DNA of 31,478 nt, taken from positions 1 to 31,478 of IMG/VR virus record IMGVR_UViG_3300031965_000111; one strand, 5' to 3'. Positions within the stretch are counted from its first letter, which is position 1, and every line of letters starts with the position of its first letter. The stretch is from a virus. Taxonomy: Duplodnaviria > Caudoviricetes. Below are positions 18,375-26,689 of this stretch, in pieces. The notes beneath the pieces were generated by a model that saw only the letters and a list, made by a program, of their open reading frames with translations, was not told the DNA's origin and did no database searches. Made by a program: the position numbers and the translations under genes.

Positions 18375-19141
18375 GCAGGCACCGTATAAACCGTGATCGG
18401 ATTTGCGTCGATCAATGCTTCGGCGTTCGCGCCGCGCGCTAGCCCAGCCCAGCCCAGATCGATATCCGGCGGCGATAGCCCGCCCGAACCACCAAGGTGA
18501 CACGAAGGATGATCGCCGACTGCGCCGTAGGTTCCGGCGATCGTCTCTAGTGCGGTGCGTACCCGCACCGCGCCCGCGTCTCGTATGTCCCACTCGATCG
18601 AAAACAGCCGCGCACTCGCGTCAGTTACGTAGTCAACCGCGCCGCTAGCCTGCACTGTGGCAACGTTTAGATTCAACGTTCCGTTGCTGTTGGCGCTGAT
18701 GTTCAGTACGCCGGATGTACCTAGGTTAGCAATTCGGCGCGCGCTCGCGCCCGCGGCGTTGATGCGCGCCAACAGCAACAGAACGAAACTCTCCGTTGCG
18801 GGGAATACCGCGGTGCCAAACGTCAGTCGATTGTTGGCGACTTCCGGCATGTTGACGAACACTCGATCCCAGCCTTCGATCGCCTGTTGGTATCCGAGCG
18901 TACCGTTCGCTGTCATGTCCAGCGCCGCATCCGGGATATCCGCCAACGGCGATGACGCGCCCTGAAACGGCCAGATCGTATTGAGCGTTCCACCAATCGC
19001 TGTCGACTCTTCGATCGACGCGGGCAGATAAATACCGTTCTCGTTAGTCGCAAGCGCGACAACGCCAGCAGCCGGACGCACGCCGAGCAGCCGGGACGCA
19101 GCCCGGCTAGCAATCCGCGGTGTGACTCGACGAGCGAGCAC
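18371..19141 (-). CDS. Hypothetical virion protein, LamG/ConA-like beta-sandwich
   Basis: IWPFQGASSPLAD, ESFVLLLLARI and LFSIEWD segments resemble LamG strands; coupled to the beta-helix gene. Confidence 0.55.
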   Translation of the reverse strand: MLARRVTPRIASRAASRLLGVRPAAGVVALATNENGIYLPASIEESTAIGGTLNTIWPFQGASSPLADIPDAALDMTANGTLGYQQAIEGWDRVFVNMPEVANNRLTFGTAVFPATESFVLLLLARINAAGASARRIANLGTSGVLNISANSNGTLNLNVATVQASGAVDYVTDASARLFSIEWDIRDAGAVRVRTALETIAGTYGAVGDHPSCHLGGSGGLSPPDIDLGWAGLARGANAEALIDANPITVYTVPA

Positions 19142-19144
19142 GTA

Positions 19145-19840
19145 TTACCGCTCCTGTACGGGCGCGATCTCGGCGCTCGCGGTCGACGCGCTGATGTCGC
19201 CGCCGAGCGAGTACGCGATCGCGCGCGGGTCGTGCTTCGCTCGAGCGGTGTACGCCTTGCGCGCGGTCAGCGACACGGCGCCGTCAACCGAGTGCCCGAG
19301 CAACCCGACGCTGTGCGCGTACAGTAGCTCGGTATCGTCGTCGACGTCTTCGATCGTGTGCGTGCCCGTGCCGCCGTCGGCGAACGTCACGGCGGTACCC
19401 GCGAGCGCGAGCGCGCGCGACGTGGCGAGCTTGATCGATCCGCTGTTGACGTAGATGATCCAATACTGCGTGAGCAGCTCGAGCCCGTCGGGCAGCGTGT
19501 CGGTCGTCGTCAGCGTGAAGGGTCCGTCGCCCGTCTTGTACGCGTGCGACGTCAGGTCCAGTTCGTTGTTACCGAAGTCGACCGTGTCGACGTCATCATC
19601 GGCGACCGTCCCAAGCCGAGGGATCAGCGCGAGCAGCTCGAGATTCGTCAGGTCGAGCGCCGCCGCACCCCAGACATTCAGATCGAACTCGGGCACCACG
19701 CCCAGATCAGAGTTGCCCCACGACGCGGGAACGACCGCGAGATCAAGCGGCGTGGACGACTCACCCGCGAACGCAGTAGCCTTCAGCGCGACGAGCTGAA
19801 TCGCCGAGTCGCTGCTGGTCTGTAGAATTCGATTCGACAT
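19145..19840 (-). CDS. Hypothetical virion protein with a fibre-type small beta domain
   Basis: HAYKTGDGPFTLTTTDTLPDGL...YWIIYVNSGSIKLATS...GGTGTHT resembles a module recurrent in phage fibre proteins; GAGGTG RBS. Confidence 0.65.
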   Translation of the reverse strand: MSNRILQTSSDSAIQLVALKATAFAGESSTPLDLAVVPASWGNSDLGVVPEFDLNVWGAAALDLTNLELLALIPRLGTVADDDVDTVDFGNNELDLTSHAYKTGDGPFTLTTTDTLPDGLELLTQYWIIYVNSGSIKLATSRALALAGTAVTFADGGTGTHTIEDVDDDTELLYAHSVGLLGHSVDGAVSLTARKAYTARAKHDPRAIAYSLGGDISASTASAEIAPVQER

Positions 19841-19860
19841 TCGCTCACCTCGGCTGCAAA

Positions 19861-19901
19861 ATTAAAAAAGCCCGGCGCGCTATACAGCAACGCCGGGCTT
19901 T
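19861..19901 (-). terminator. Rho-independent terminator after the major capsid gene
   Basis: Stem AAAGCCCGGCG / CGCCGGGCTTT running into TTTTTTAATTTT on the minus strand, about 45 nt after the capsid stop. Confidence 0.85.
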
Positions 19902-19947
19902 GCGCCGTGACATCGACTAGCCCGGCAGTAGATTACCCGCGTGAGTC

Positions 19948-20886
19948 TTACAGCCCGTCGCCGTAGCAGATGGCGACCGGGTAGCGACACACGACGCCGC
20001 CGCACGATGCGGTCGCGGCAATGTTGTAGCGCAGCCCGCGCTTCTCGGGCTCCTGCGGCGTGTACTCTTCCGGCACGATGCCCGCGAGCACGACCGGGTT
20101 CTTCGGGTAGATGACCATACGGTCGATCGAGCCGCCCGCGCCCGCGTTATCACACCGAAACCAGTCGGTGATCGAGTTGACGTTCGGCAGGTTCTTCAGC
20201 ACGTACTTAAGTACCGTGGTGTCGGACCCGTCGCCCATGCGCTTCTGCGCCATGTCCATGTAGGGTCCGATCGGCAGCACGACGTCGAACATCTCGAAGG
20301 GCTGCTCACCCGCGTTTTTCATCGCGATCTTGATCGCCTTGATGCCGTCGGCGATGTCCTTCACGATCTCGTCGGGCGTCGCGACCGCCCACGTCTTGCC
20401 GCCCGCTGCCTTGTCGGCGAGGGTGTAGGACGTGGTGTTGCTCAGGGTCAGAAGACCGTCGAGCCCGTTCGCGGCGCTGCCGAGCGCGAGCACCTCGTCG
20501 GTCAGCGTCTCGATCGCGTGCCGTGCCGCGGCGGCGCGATGCACGTCGAGCGGCATGCCGGTTGCGTGCGCCTGCTTGATCTCCCGGACATCGTAGTGAT
20601 ACGACGCGCCGAGCTGCTTGATCACCTTGCTGTTCTCGGTGCCCTTGACGCCAGCCGCCGGCAGATCGTCGGCGGTGTTGCTGATGATCTTCGCGGTGCC
20701 GAGCTTCTCGAACTCACGCCAAACGTAGACGTTCGCCCACGCGGGAATGCCGTTCTGGGTTGGAATCAGCGAGCGCGCCTTGTTCGGCGGGAAGATCACG
20801 TCGTACTGCTGAGCGTCGACCGCCTCGAGCTGACGATTGAACCACACGTGCTCAGCGGCATCGAGTCTGGTGTTATTGGTGCGCAT
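19948..20886 (-). CDS. Major capsid protein (DUF2184 / HK97 fold)
   Basis: WFNRQLEAVD, GTAKIISNTADDLP, LGASYHYDVREI..A...GMPLD, GLDGLL, GGVVCRYPVAICYGDGL. Confidence 0.93.
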   Translation of the reverse strand: MRTNNTRLDAAEHVWFNRQLEAVDAQQYDVIFPPNKARSLIPTQNGIPAWANVYVWREFEKLGTAKIISNTADDLPAAGVKGTENSKVIKQLGASYHYDVREIKQAHATGMPLDVHRAAAARHAIETLTDEVLALGSAANGLDGLLTLSNTTSYTLADKAAGGKTWAVATPDEIVKDIADGIKAIKIAMKNAGEQPFEMFDVVLPIGPYMDMAQKRMGDGSDTTVLKYVLKNLPNVNSITDWFRCDNAGAGGSIDRMVIYPKNPVVLAGIVPEEYTPQEPEKRGLRYNIAATASCGGVVCRYPVAICYGDGL

Positions 20887-20944
20887 TGGTCTGTGTTTCC
20901 TTGGTTCGGTTCAGTCGTCAGGGTTCGTGGGTTCCGATCAGCGG

Positions 20945-21478
20945 TTAGCTGTCGGCGAGTGCGTCGGCGGCGCCGCTCATGTCGATCTCGAGCACGGCGG
21001 GAACGGTCGAGCTGCCCGACGTGATCCACCGGGCAAACTTGCTGATGTCGATGCAGTCGTCGGTGTCGTCGGCGGTCGTGCGGAAAGCGCCCGCCTGCTC
21101 GGAGCCCGACACAACGGCGCGCACTCGCACCGCGTCGCCCGGGGCGACAGCCTCTTCGGGAAGCACGTAGATGCGACCCTTCTGCAGCAGCCCGACGGTC
21201 ATGTTTGGCTTGACTCCGTCGTCGCCCAGCTCTTCGGGCTTGGCGTACGCAGCCGAGTACACGACCACGCCCGCGAGCAGCGAGTCGGAAGCCGCCGCGC
21301 TGGTGTGCAGTAGCAGCGCGTCGGTCGCCTTGTCGGTGCCTCGCACAACCATGATGCCGAAAGGCATCTCGGCGGAAGCCTCTTCGTTGACGCGGCTGTC
21401 GACGCTCGCGAGATTCGCATCGGCGAGCGCGCCAACGATCCCCACGGTCATGTTGTCTGCTACGGAAGTCTGCGGCAT
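20945..21478 (-). CDS. Capsid cement / decoration protein
   Basis: MPFGIMVVRG...VGLLQKGRIYV..EEAVAPGDAVRVR; immediately upstream of the capsid gene; AGGAG RBS. Confidence 0.82.
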   Translation of the reverse strand: MPQTSVADNMTVGIVGALADANLASVDSRVNEEASAEMPFGIMVVRGTDKATDALLLHTSAAASDSLLAGVVVYSAAYAKPEELGDDGVKPNMTVGLLQKGRIYVLPEEAVAPGDAVRVRAVVSGSEQAGAFRTTADDTDDCIDISKFARWITSGSSTVPAVLEIDMSGAADALADS

Positions 21479-21534
21479 CTTGATTGCTCCTGCGTTTCGT
21501 TTCGTGTGGTGCGGTTGATCGTTGGGTTGGGGCG

Positions 21535-22161
21535 TTACGCCTTCGCGGCGGGCGCGTTCTTCCAGGCGTTCGCTTGCTCTTCGGCGTAGATGTCGGCGCG
21601 CGACCGGCGATCGGCGCGCGGCGCGGCTGCGGTGCGCTCGGCGGCTTCCGCCTGAGCCTCACGAACGCGACTGATCGCGGCGTTGCCCTGCTCGTACCCG
21701 GCAACAGCCGAGTCGAACGTGGCGCGCACGTAGTCGTCAGAGCGCTTGGTATCGACGCTGCCGTGCAGACTTTCGATCACGGCGATCTGCAGCTCGCGAT
21801 CGGTCATCTTCGCGTAGCCGCTGCGCTCACCGAGAATCGGCTCGGCCTTCGCTTCGAGATCGACGCGCGCCTCGACCGCCTTGCGGAACTTCTCGGGATC
21901 GGAAGCTTCGTCGGCGCGCTTCTTCGACGCGGCGACCTGCGCCTTCATCAGATTGAGAGCGACCTGGACCTTCTCGGGCGACTCGGAGAGCTTCAACTTC
22001 TCGGTCGCGGCGTCGAGCCGGATCGTCACGTCGGTCAGCTTGCCCTCGGCGGTATCGGCGCGAACCTTCTCGACGCTCGCGAGCGCCTCGGCTTCGTCAG
22101 CACGGGTCATCTGGGCGGCGAGCTGAACGTTCAGCTCTTCGATCTGCTTCTCTGGATCCAT
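21535..22161 (-). CDS. Capsid scaffolding protein
   Basis: Coiled-coil, Ala/Glu-rich; RSDDYVRATFD and terminal ANAWK resemble the C-terminal scaffold half of DUF2213 proteins; GAGGT RBS. Confidence 0.8.
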   Translation of the reverse strand: MDPEKQIEELNVQLAAQMTRADEAEALASVEKVRADTAEGKLTDVTIRLDAATEKLKLSESPEKVQVALNLMKAQVAASKKRADEASDPEKFRKAVEARVDLEAKAEPILGERSGYAKMTDRELQIAVIESLHGSVDTKRSDDYVRATFDSAVAGYEQGNAAISRVREAQAEAAERTAAAPRADRRSRADIYAEEQANAWKNAPAAKA

Positions 22162-22167
22162 CTGGGA

Positions 22168-22782
22168 TTACCTCGTGTTGTTGAATCGTCGCGCGTTGAT
22201 TGCTGCTGCGACTTTCATCGCGAGATCAGAACCTAGCACGTGTTTATTTTTTCCAGAAATTGCACAAGCGCAGCGACCTACGCCGCAGTCGTCGACACGC
22301 ACGCTGCACGTATGCCCGCAACGCCCGCGCTCGACCAGCGCAACATGGTCGACGCGTGTGTCGCGCTGGAATTCGCGATCGTCGATGCGGCAGTGATAGC
22401 CGAGCGACAGCTCACGCACGCCGGCTGAAATCGCGGCAACGCCAGCCGGGTTGGCGCGAAACGAGATCATTGCGTATCCGTCGTCGACTCTCGCGCTGAT
22501 CACGCGCCCCCCGGCGACGTAATCCGAGCCCTCGCTGATCATCGCGGCGGGGTGCCGAATCGTGAGTTGCGCGCCTCGGTTCAGTTGATCAACGATGCGC
22601 TGCAGCTCGGCGCCGTCGCGATGCTCGACGCCCCAGGGATATTGCAGCATGCCGACGCGCGCGGCGTAGGCTTCGTATACGATGCCGCCCGCCGACTTGA
22701 CCGGGCGCGCAAGCTCGCCGCGATCCGCCCGATCAACGATCAGCGAGACTTCGCCGCGGTCTGTGCGGGCGACGATCGACAC
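22168..22782 (-). CDS. Prohead maturation protease (DUF2213)
   Basis: ARVGMLQY, LTIRHP, GVRELSLGY and DHVALVERGRCG motifs. Confidence 0.88.
   Translation of the reverse strand: MSIVARTDRGEVSLIVDRADRGELARPVKSAGGIVYEAYAARVGMLQYPWGVEHRDGAELQRIVDQLNRGAQLTIRHPAAMISEGSDYVAGGRVISARVDDGYAMISFRANPAGVAAISAGVRELSLGYHCRIDDREFQRDTRVDHVALVERGRCGHTCSVRVDDCGVGRCACAISGKNKHVLGSDLAMKVAAAINARRFNNTR
22230..22264 (-). promoter_or_regulatory. Putative internal late promoter for scaffold-cement-capsid genes
   Basis: TGCAATTTCT-N19-TAGGTT in an AT-rich patch inside the 3' end of the protease gene. Confidence 0.65.
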
Positions 22783-22784
22783 GG

Positions 22785-23189
22785 CTACAGGTAGAAGCCT
22801 TCGATCGTGATGCGACCGGCGGGCAGAGTAGCGGTGCCTGCGGCCTCGTCGAGAAACAGCTTCATCTCGTCATCAGCGGCGAAGACCAGGTCGGCGTCTG
22901 TCGCGCTCAGCGTGAAGTCGACGAACGTGTCGGCGGTGAGCGTACCTTCTTCGCCGGTCTCGGTCGACCAGCTCGCGGCGACGGTCGCACCCTTGGTCAG
23001 CTTCAGCACGAAGAAGTTGGCGGCGTGGTTGGCGAGCCCGGTCGGGTTGACATAGCTGACCCGCTCGAGGCGGAACGCGCGCGGCACCTTCCAAAGCTTG
23101 TCGGTGCGGTCGGCGTCGACGGCTGTGGCGTGATCAAACGTCATGACGACGCGCTCGTGCAAAAACTGATTCGGTCGACGAGTTGACAT
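22785..23189 (-). CDS. Hypothetical beta-rich head-associated protein
   Basis: 134 aa from ATG 23189 (MSTRRPNQFLHERVV...LPAGRITIEGFYL); located in the head module. Confidence 0.7.
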   Translation of the reverse strand: MSTRRPNQFLHERVVMTFDHATAVDADRTDKLWKVPRAFRLERVSYVNPTGLANHAANFFVLKLTKGATVAASWSTETGEEGTLTADTFVDFTLSATDADLVFAADDEMKLFLDEAAGTATLPAGRITIEGFYL

Positions 23190-23195
23190 GCGCAT

Positions 23196-23230
23196 ACGAT
23201 CGCACAAAAAAAGTCAACCGCGAAATTGCG
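23196..23230 (-). promoter_or_regulatory. Putative late promoter of the second head unit
   Basis: CGCAATTTCG-N19-GATCGT (preceded by TGTGC), 6 nt before ATG 23189. Confidence 0.6.
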
Positions 23231-23242
23231 CAAATCGTCGAC

Positions 23243-23259
23243 AAAAAACGGGCGCCCGT
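23243..23259 (-). terminator. Possible weak terminator after the gpF-like gene
   Basis: ACGGGCGCCCGT palindrome followed by TTTTT on the minus strand, just after the stop; the stem is short. Confidence 0.4.
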
Positions 23260-23267
23260 GAGACGAT

Positions 23268-24125
23268 CTACAAACCGGCGAGCAAATCGTTGAAGTCTGG
23301 ATCGGCGCCGCACCTGCACAACACGGGCTCGCCCGGGTGCCCGTCGGGCGGCGGCTCGTCCCATGAGAACGTCTTACCCTCGCGCGCGTAGTGCGAATAC
23401 TTCGCGTTGGGGAACGCGCCGCCGGGCGTACCGCGCACGCGGCGATCCTTACCCGTGCGCCAAACGTATTCATTGATCCCCAGATTCGTCTGACGCTTGT
23501 GGTTGACTTTGCCGTTTAGCTTGCCGATCTGATCGCGAGCGATTAGCTTCGCGCGCTTCTTGCTAACGCCCATGATTTTCTCGATCTCTTTGGCTAGATC
23601 GGTGTGTCGCGTGGCGTTCGCGAGCGCACGCGTTGTCGCGCCTTCGACGTTGCTGACGAGCTGCTCGGCAAGGTTCGTGATCAGCGAAACGTTCTCGGCG
23701 GCGAAGCCTTCGATGATCGCGGCGAGCCCCGCTTCGCTGGCGTACACATCAACGCCGAGCGCCGCGATGATTTGCCGGCGCAGCTGCGCACCGCTGAAGG
23801 ATGATACGTTGTGACCGAGCTGCTTTGCGAGCGCGTCGAGCTGTGTTGGATCAATGAAGCCGCGCACGCGCCCGAGCGCCTCTGCGATCAGCGTGCGCAG
23901 GCGATCGCCCTCGCCCGCGTCAGCGCGCGCTCGTGCGTTGCGCTCTAGCAGGCGCGGCAGCTCGGCGAGCAGCGGCGCGAGCGCCTCGCGCACCCGGTCG
24001 ACGATGCGTAGGAGCTGCGTCGCGTACGCGCGCTCGAGATGCGCCGGGCGTTGCTGTCGCGGGATGCGTCGCCCCCGCTTGATGCCGCGCGCGCGGCGCG
24101 CTATCAGCTGCTCCTGTTTCGTCAC
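23268..24125 (-). CDS. Head morphogenesis protein (Mu gpF / SPP1 gp7 family)
   Basis: RAKLIARDQIGKLN, YVWRTGKDRRVR, H..REGKTFSW, GHPGEPVLCRC. Confidence 0.92.
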   Translation of the reverse strand: MTKQEQLIARRARGIKRGRRIPRQQRPAHLERAYATQLLRIVDRVREALAPLLAELPRLLERNARARADAGEGDRLRTLIAEALGRVRGFIDPTQLDALAKQLGHNVSSFSGAQLRRQIIAALGVDVYASEAGLAAIIEGFAAENVSLITNLAEQLVSNVEGATTRALANATRHTDLAKEIEKIMGVSKKRAKLIARDQIGKLNGKVNHKRQTNLGINEYVWRTGKDRRVRGTPGGAFPNAKYSHYAREGKTFSWDEPPPDGHPGEPVLCRCGADPDFNDLLAGL

Positions 24126-24128
24126 GAG

Positions 24129-25760
24129 CTACGCCGCCATGGGCAGATCAAAAAGCACGCGCGCGACCTGCGCCTCGAGCGATTCGATGTCGAACACGTC
24201 GGCGCGCTCGTCGTCGTCATCGCCGCCACCGAACGGATCGGGATCGTCGCCATCGGGCGGCGGGTCGGGCTTCTTCGCCTCGGCTTCGGCGAGCGCTTGT
24301 GCTTCCTGCTTTGCCTCGAACTCTTCCATCGCGGTCCGGTTATCGAAGTCGACGACGGTCTCGATCGAGTACGTGTCGCCGCCGAAGCGCGATAGCGCGA
24401 CCTCTTCAGGCGAAAGCACGCCGTTAACGATATAGATCGCGTCGGTTTCTGCCTGCGTCTTCCGCGCCTGCGTCTTCTCGAGCGTCGACTCACCGTACAG
24501 CGATCGGAATTCGATCGACCACTTGTCGGGCTCGATCCCTCGGGTCGGTCCGGTCTTCGATCGGATCAGCAGGTACAGCAAGCGCGACAACTGATCGAGC
24601 ATGCCATCACCCGATCGCTCGGCGTCGATTGAGTCATAGAAGAACGTGATATCAGACGCGCCGGTCGCGTTCATGCCGGCGGGGCTCTGACCCATGAGCA
24701 GCGTCACCGGGATCCCGGTCGCAGCGCTCAGTCGCAGCGCGAAGCGGTCGAGCAGCTCGGGCATACCCGTAACCGGCGTCTGCTTGCGCTCGAAGTCTTC
24801 ATCTTCGGCGTCGATCAGCACGGCGCGCGCTGTCGATCGCGACAGCTCGACCGCCTGCATACGCGCCTTCACGAGATCGTCTTTGTCGGTCGCGAACGCT
24901 TCCGACAGTCCGTGCATTTTGAACACGGCTTGCGCGAAGTCGTTCAGCAAGATCGCGGCGCTCGACCAACTCACGTTGAAGTCGCACAGCACGCGATACA
25001 TATACGTTAGAACGCTGTCGCCCCATCCGGGATACTGCGCGACATCATCCTTTGACACGCGAATTCCGGGGAAGATGATCAGGCGCGACTCGTGGATCAA
25101 CGTCGTCGGCGCGGACATGCCGCGATGGCCGATCGGCACCACGCGCCAGACTTCGACCTCACCGTACTTCGGCTTATGCGGTTCGTTGTAGTAGCGCCAC
25201 GGCTGCAGCTCACGCGGCTCAAACAGCGTAAGGTGTGATACCTCGCTGATCCGATCTTCGTTGAGTGGTAGCGCCATGTCGATCGATCCGTCATTGACGA
25301 CCGGCCAGATCGCGGCGCCACCATAGGCGCGCTCGTACATCTTCGCCTTAGTGAAGATCGCGGTCGCCTTCAGCGTCTCGAACAGCGAGCTAAACCCCTC
25401 GGCTTCTTCCTTGCTGTTCTCGATCTTGACGTCGAAGCCGGTTCGCATCATCGACTTGGGGATCAGCTCGATCACGCGCTTCGCTAGGTCGTCGCCACGC
25501 CACAGATCGCGAGCCTCGCGATCGGTCACCAGGTCGGCAGTGAAGCCCGTCGACATTCGCTTGTCGTGAGTCGTGGTGCCGAGCCCGGTCAGCGCGCTGA
25601 CCCAACTGTCGAGCCGCTCCTGCGTCATGCGGGTTGCTGGCGCGTCGATGCTCGGCGTGTCGCGCGGCGATACGACTCGCACGGGCGCACGCGCGGGCGC
25701 GGCGTCAGCGCGCGCCGAGCGCGGGCCTAGCACAATGTCGAGCTGCGCGGATAGATCCAT
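24129..25760 (-). CDS. Portal protein (DUF1073 / HI1409 family)
   Basis: ERAYGGAAI, IHESRLIIF, GWGDSVL, SAATGIPVTLLMGQSPAGMNATGASD..FYD motifs. Confidence 0.93.
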   Translation of the reverse strand: MDLSAQLDIVLGPRSARADAAPARAPVRVVSPRDTPSIDAPATRMTQERLDSWVSALTGLGTTTHDKRMSTGFTADLVTDREARDLWRGDDLAKRVIELIPKSMMRTGFDVKIENSKEEAEGFSSLFETLKATAIFTKAKMYERAYGGAAIWPVVNDGSIDMALPLNEDRISEVSHLTLFEPRELQPWRYYNEPHKPKYGEVEVWRVVPIGHRGMSAPTTLIHESRLIIFPGIRVSKDDVAQYPGWGDSVLTYMYRVLCDFNVSWSSAAILLNDFAQAVFKMHGLSEAFATDKDDLVKARMQAVELSRSTARAVLIDAEDEDFERKQTPVTGMPELLDRFALRLSAATGIPVTLLMGQSPAGMNATGASDITFFYDSIDAERSGDGMLDQLSRLLYLLIRSKTGPTRGIEPDKWSIEFRSLYGESTLEKTQARKTQAETDAIYIVNGVLSPEEVALSRFGGDTYSIETVVDFDNRTAMEEFEAKQEAQALAEAEAKKPDPPPDGDDPDPFGGGDDDDERADVFDIESLEAQVARVLFDLPMAA

Positions 25761-25765
25761 GATGG

Positions 25766-25811
25766 GGATAGTAGCGCGATTTCGCGAGCCCCCGAAATTG
25801 CGATACTATCC
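25766..25811. promoter_or_regulatory. Palindromic bidirectional late promoter (portal leftward, endolysin rightward)
   Basis: 19-bp inverted repeat (17/19 match, 8-nt spacer). Minus strand: CGCAATTTCG-N19-TACTAT. Plus strand: CGCGATTTCG-N19-TACTAT. Confidence 0.7.
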
Positions 25812-25855
25812 GCGGCTTTTTGCGCGATCGCGCGAGCGTGCTACCGTCGACGGTA

Positions 25856-26650
25856 ATGCACTACGCCGCCGGATACAATCAGCGCCGCCACGCGCGCGGG
25901 CTCTTCACGACAGATCAGATCAGTCGCGTCGCGAAGGAGTCCGGGCTCGAGCTTGGACCGCTCGGCGGTCCGCGCGGTCTCGCGTGGGATGCGATCACTC
26001 AGCACGTCGTCGTATGGCAGTCGCTCGTGTCGCTCACGGATGACGGCATGTTCGGACCGGCATCACTCAAGCGCTATCATCGGCTGTACGATGCGCCGAC
26101 GATCACGCGGTTCGCCGACCTGCGCGTCGACGTCGCGCTCGAGTACCTTGGACGCGGCGAGGAAGGCGGCGATAACGCGGGCGAGTTTGTGCATATGTTG
26201 CGCAACTTCCCGTATAGCAGCGAGTACGATCGCCCAGTCGGGAACTGGTGCGAGTTTTTCGTGAACTACGTCGACCGACAGACCGCCGAGCGAATGCAGA
26301 TCGGGCTACCCTACGCGGCGCTGTTTCCTGACTCGCTGCGCGGCGGTAAGCTCATGCCGATCGGCTCGGCGAAGAAGTACACCGATCGCCAGTGCGCCGC
26401 TTGGCGCGAGGTCCCGATTACCGAGGCACAGCGCGGTGACACCGCGTGCCGCACGCGCGGGCGGCTCGATAGCGCGTACGGTCATATCATGATCGTCGAG
26501 AAGCGCATCGGCGACAAGCTGCACGTGATCGAGGGCAACGCCGGCAATGATGGGCCGGGCGGGCTATCGATCGTGCGACAGCACGCATACTCGATCGACG
26601 GCGTGCAGGCGTCGCGTAATCCGTGGTACCGCTGCGCGCGCCCGATCTAG
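25856..26650 (+). CDS. Endolysin: peptidoglycan-binding domain plus CHAP amidase/peptidase
   Basis: WQ...LTDDGMFGP (PG-binding); GRGEEGGDNAG, NWCEFFV (catalytic Cys), GHIMIVE (His), VIEGN. Confidence 0.85.
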   Translation: MHYAAGYNQRRHARGLFTTDQISRVAKESGLELGPLGGPRGLAWDAITQHVVVWQSLVSLTDDGMFGPASLKRYHRLYDAPTITRFADLRVDVALEYLGRGEEGGDNAGEFVHMLRNFPYSSEYDRPVGNWCEFFVNYVDRQTAERMQIGLPYAALFPDSLRGGKLMPIGSAKKYTDRQCAAWREVPITEAQRGDTACRTRGRLDSAYGHIMIVEKRIGDKLHVIEGNAGNDGPGGLSIVRQHAYSIDGVQASRNPWYRCARPI

Positions 26651-26689
26651 TCGGCGGCGCGGCGTCGATCGCGAAAGCCCCGCTTGATC

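Noticed and set aside
4204-19840. Diversity-generating retroelement or invertible fibre switch
   Set aside because: No reverse transcriptase, invertase, template/variable repeat pair or inverted gene halves were seen.
19948-20886. Encapsulin/linocin or a standalone contractile injection system
   Set aside because: Portal, protease, scaffold, neck and tail genes are all present together, so this is a phage virion module.
22713-22776. Duplicated peptide IVARTDRGE / IVDRADRGE at the protease N-terminus
   Set aside because: A small local duplication, already counted within the R-x-D finding.
2857-24131. TAG recoding, suggested by several in-frame TAG-NNN-start junctions (2861, 4001, 5476, 9006, 24129)
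   Set aside because: No conserved gene is interrupted by TAG, the proteins end at normal lengths, other TAG junctions are out of frame or TAGTG overlaps, and TAA junctions show the same pattern.
24129-25760. Anti-CBASS Acb1 label that DUF1073 proteins often receive
   Set aside because: No 2H-phosphoesterase HxT/S motif pair is evident; motifs and position indicate a portal.
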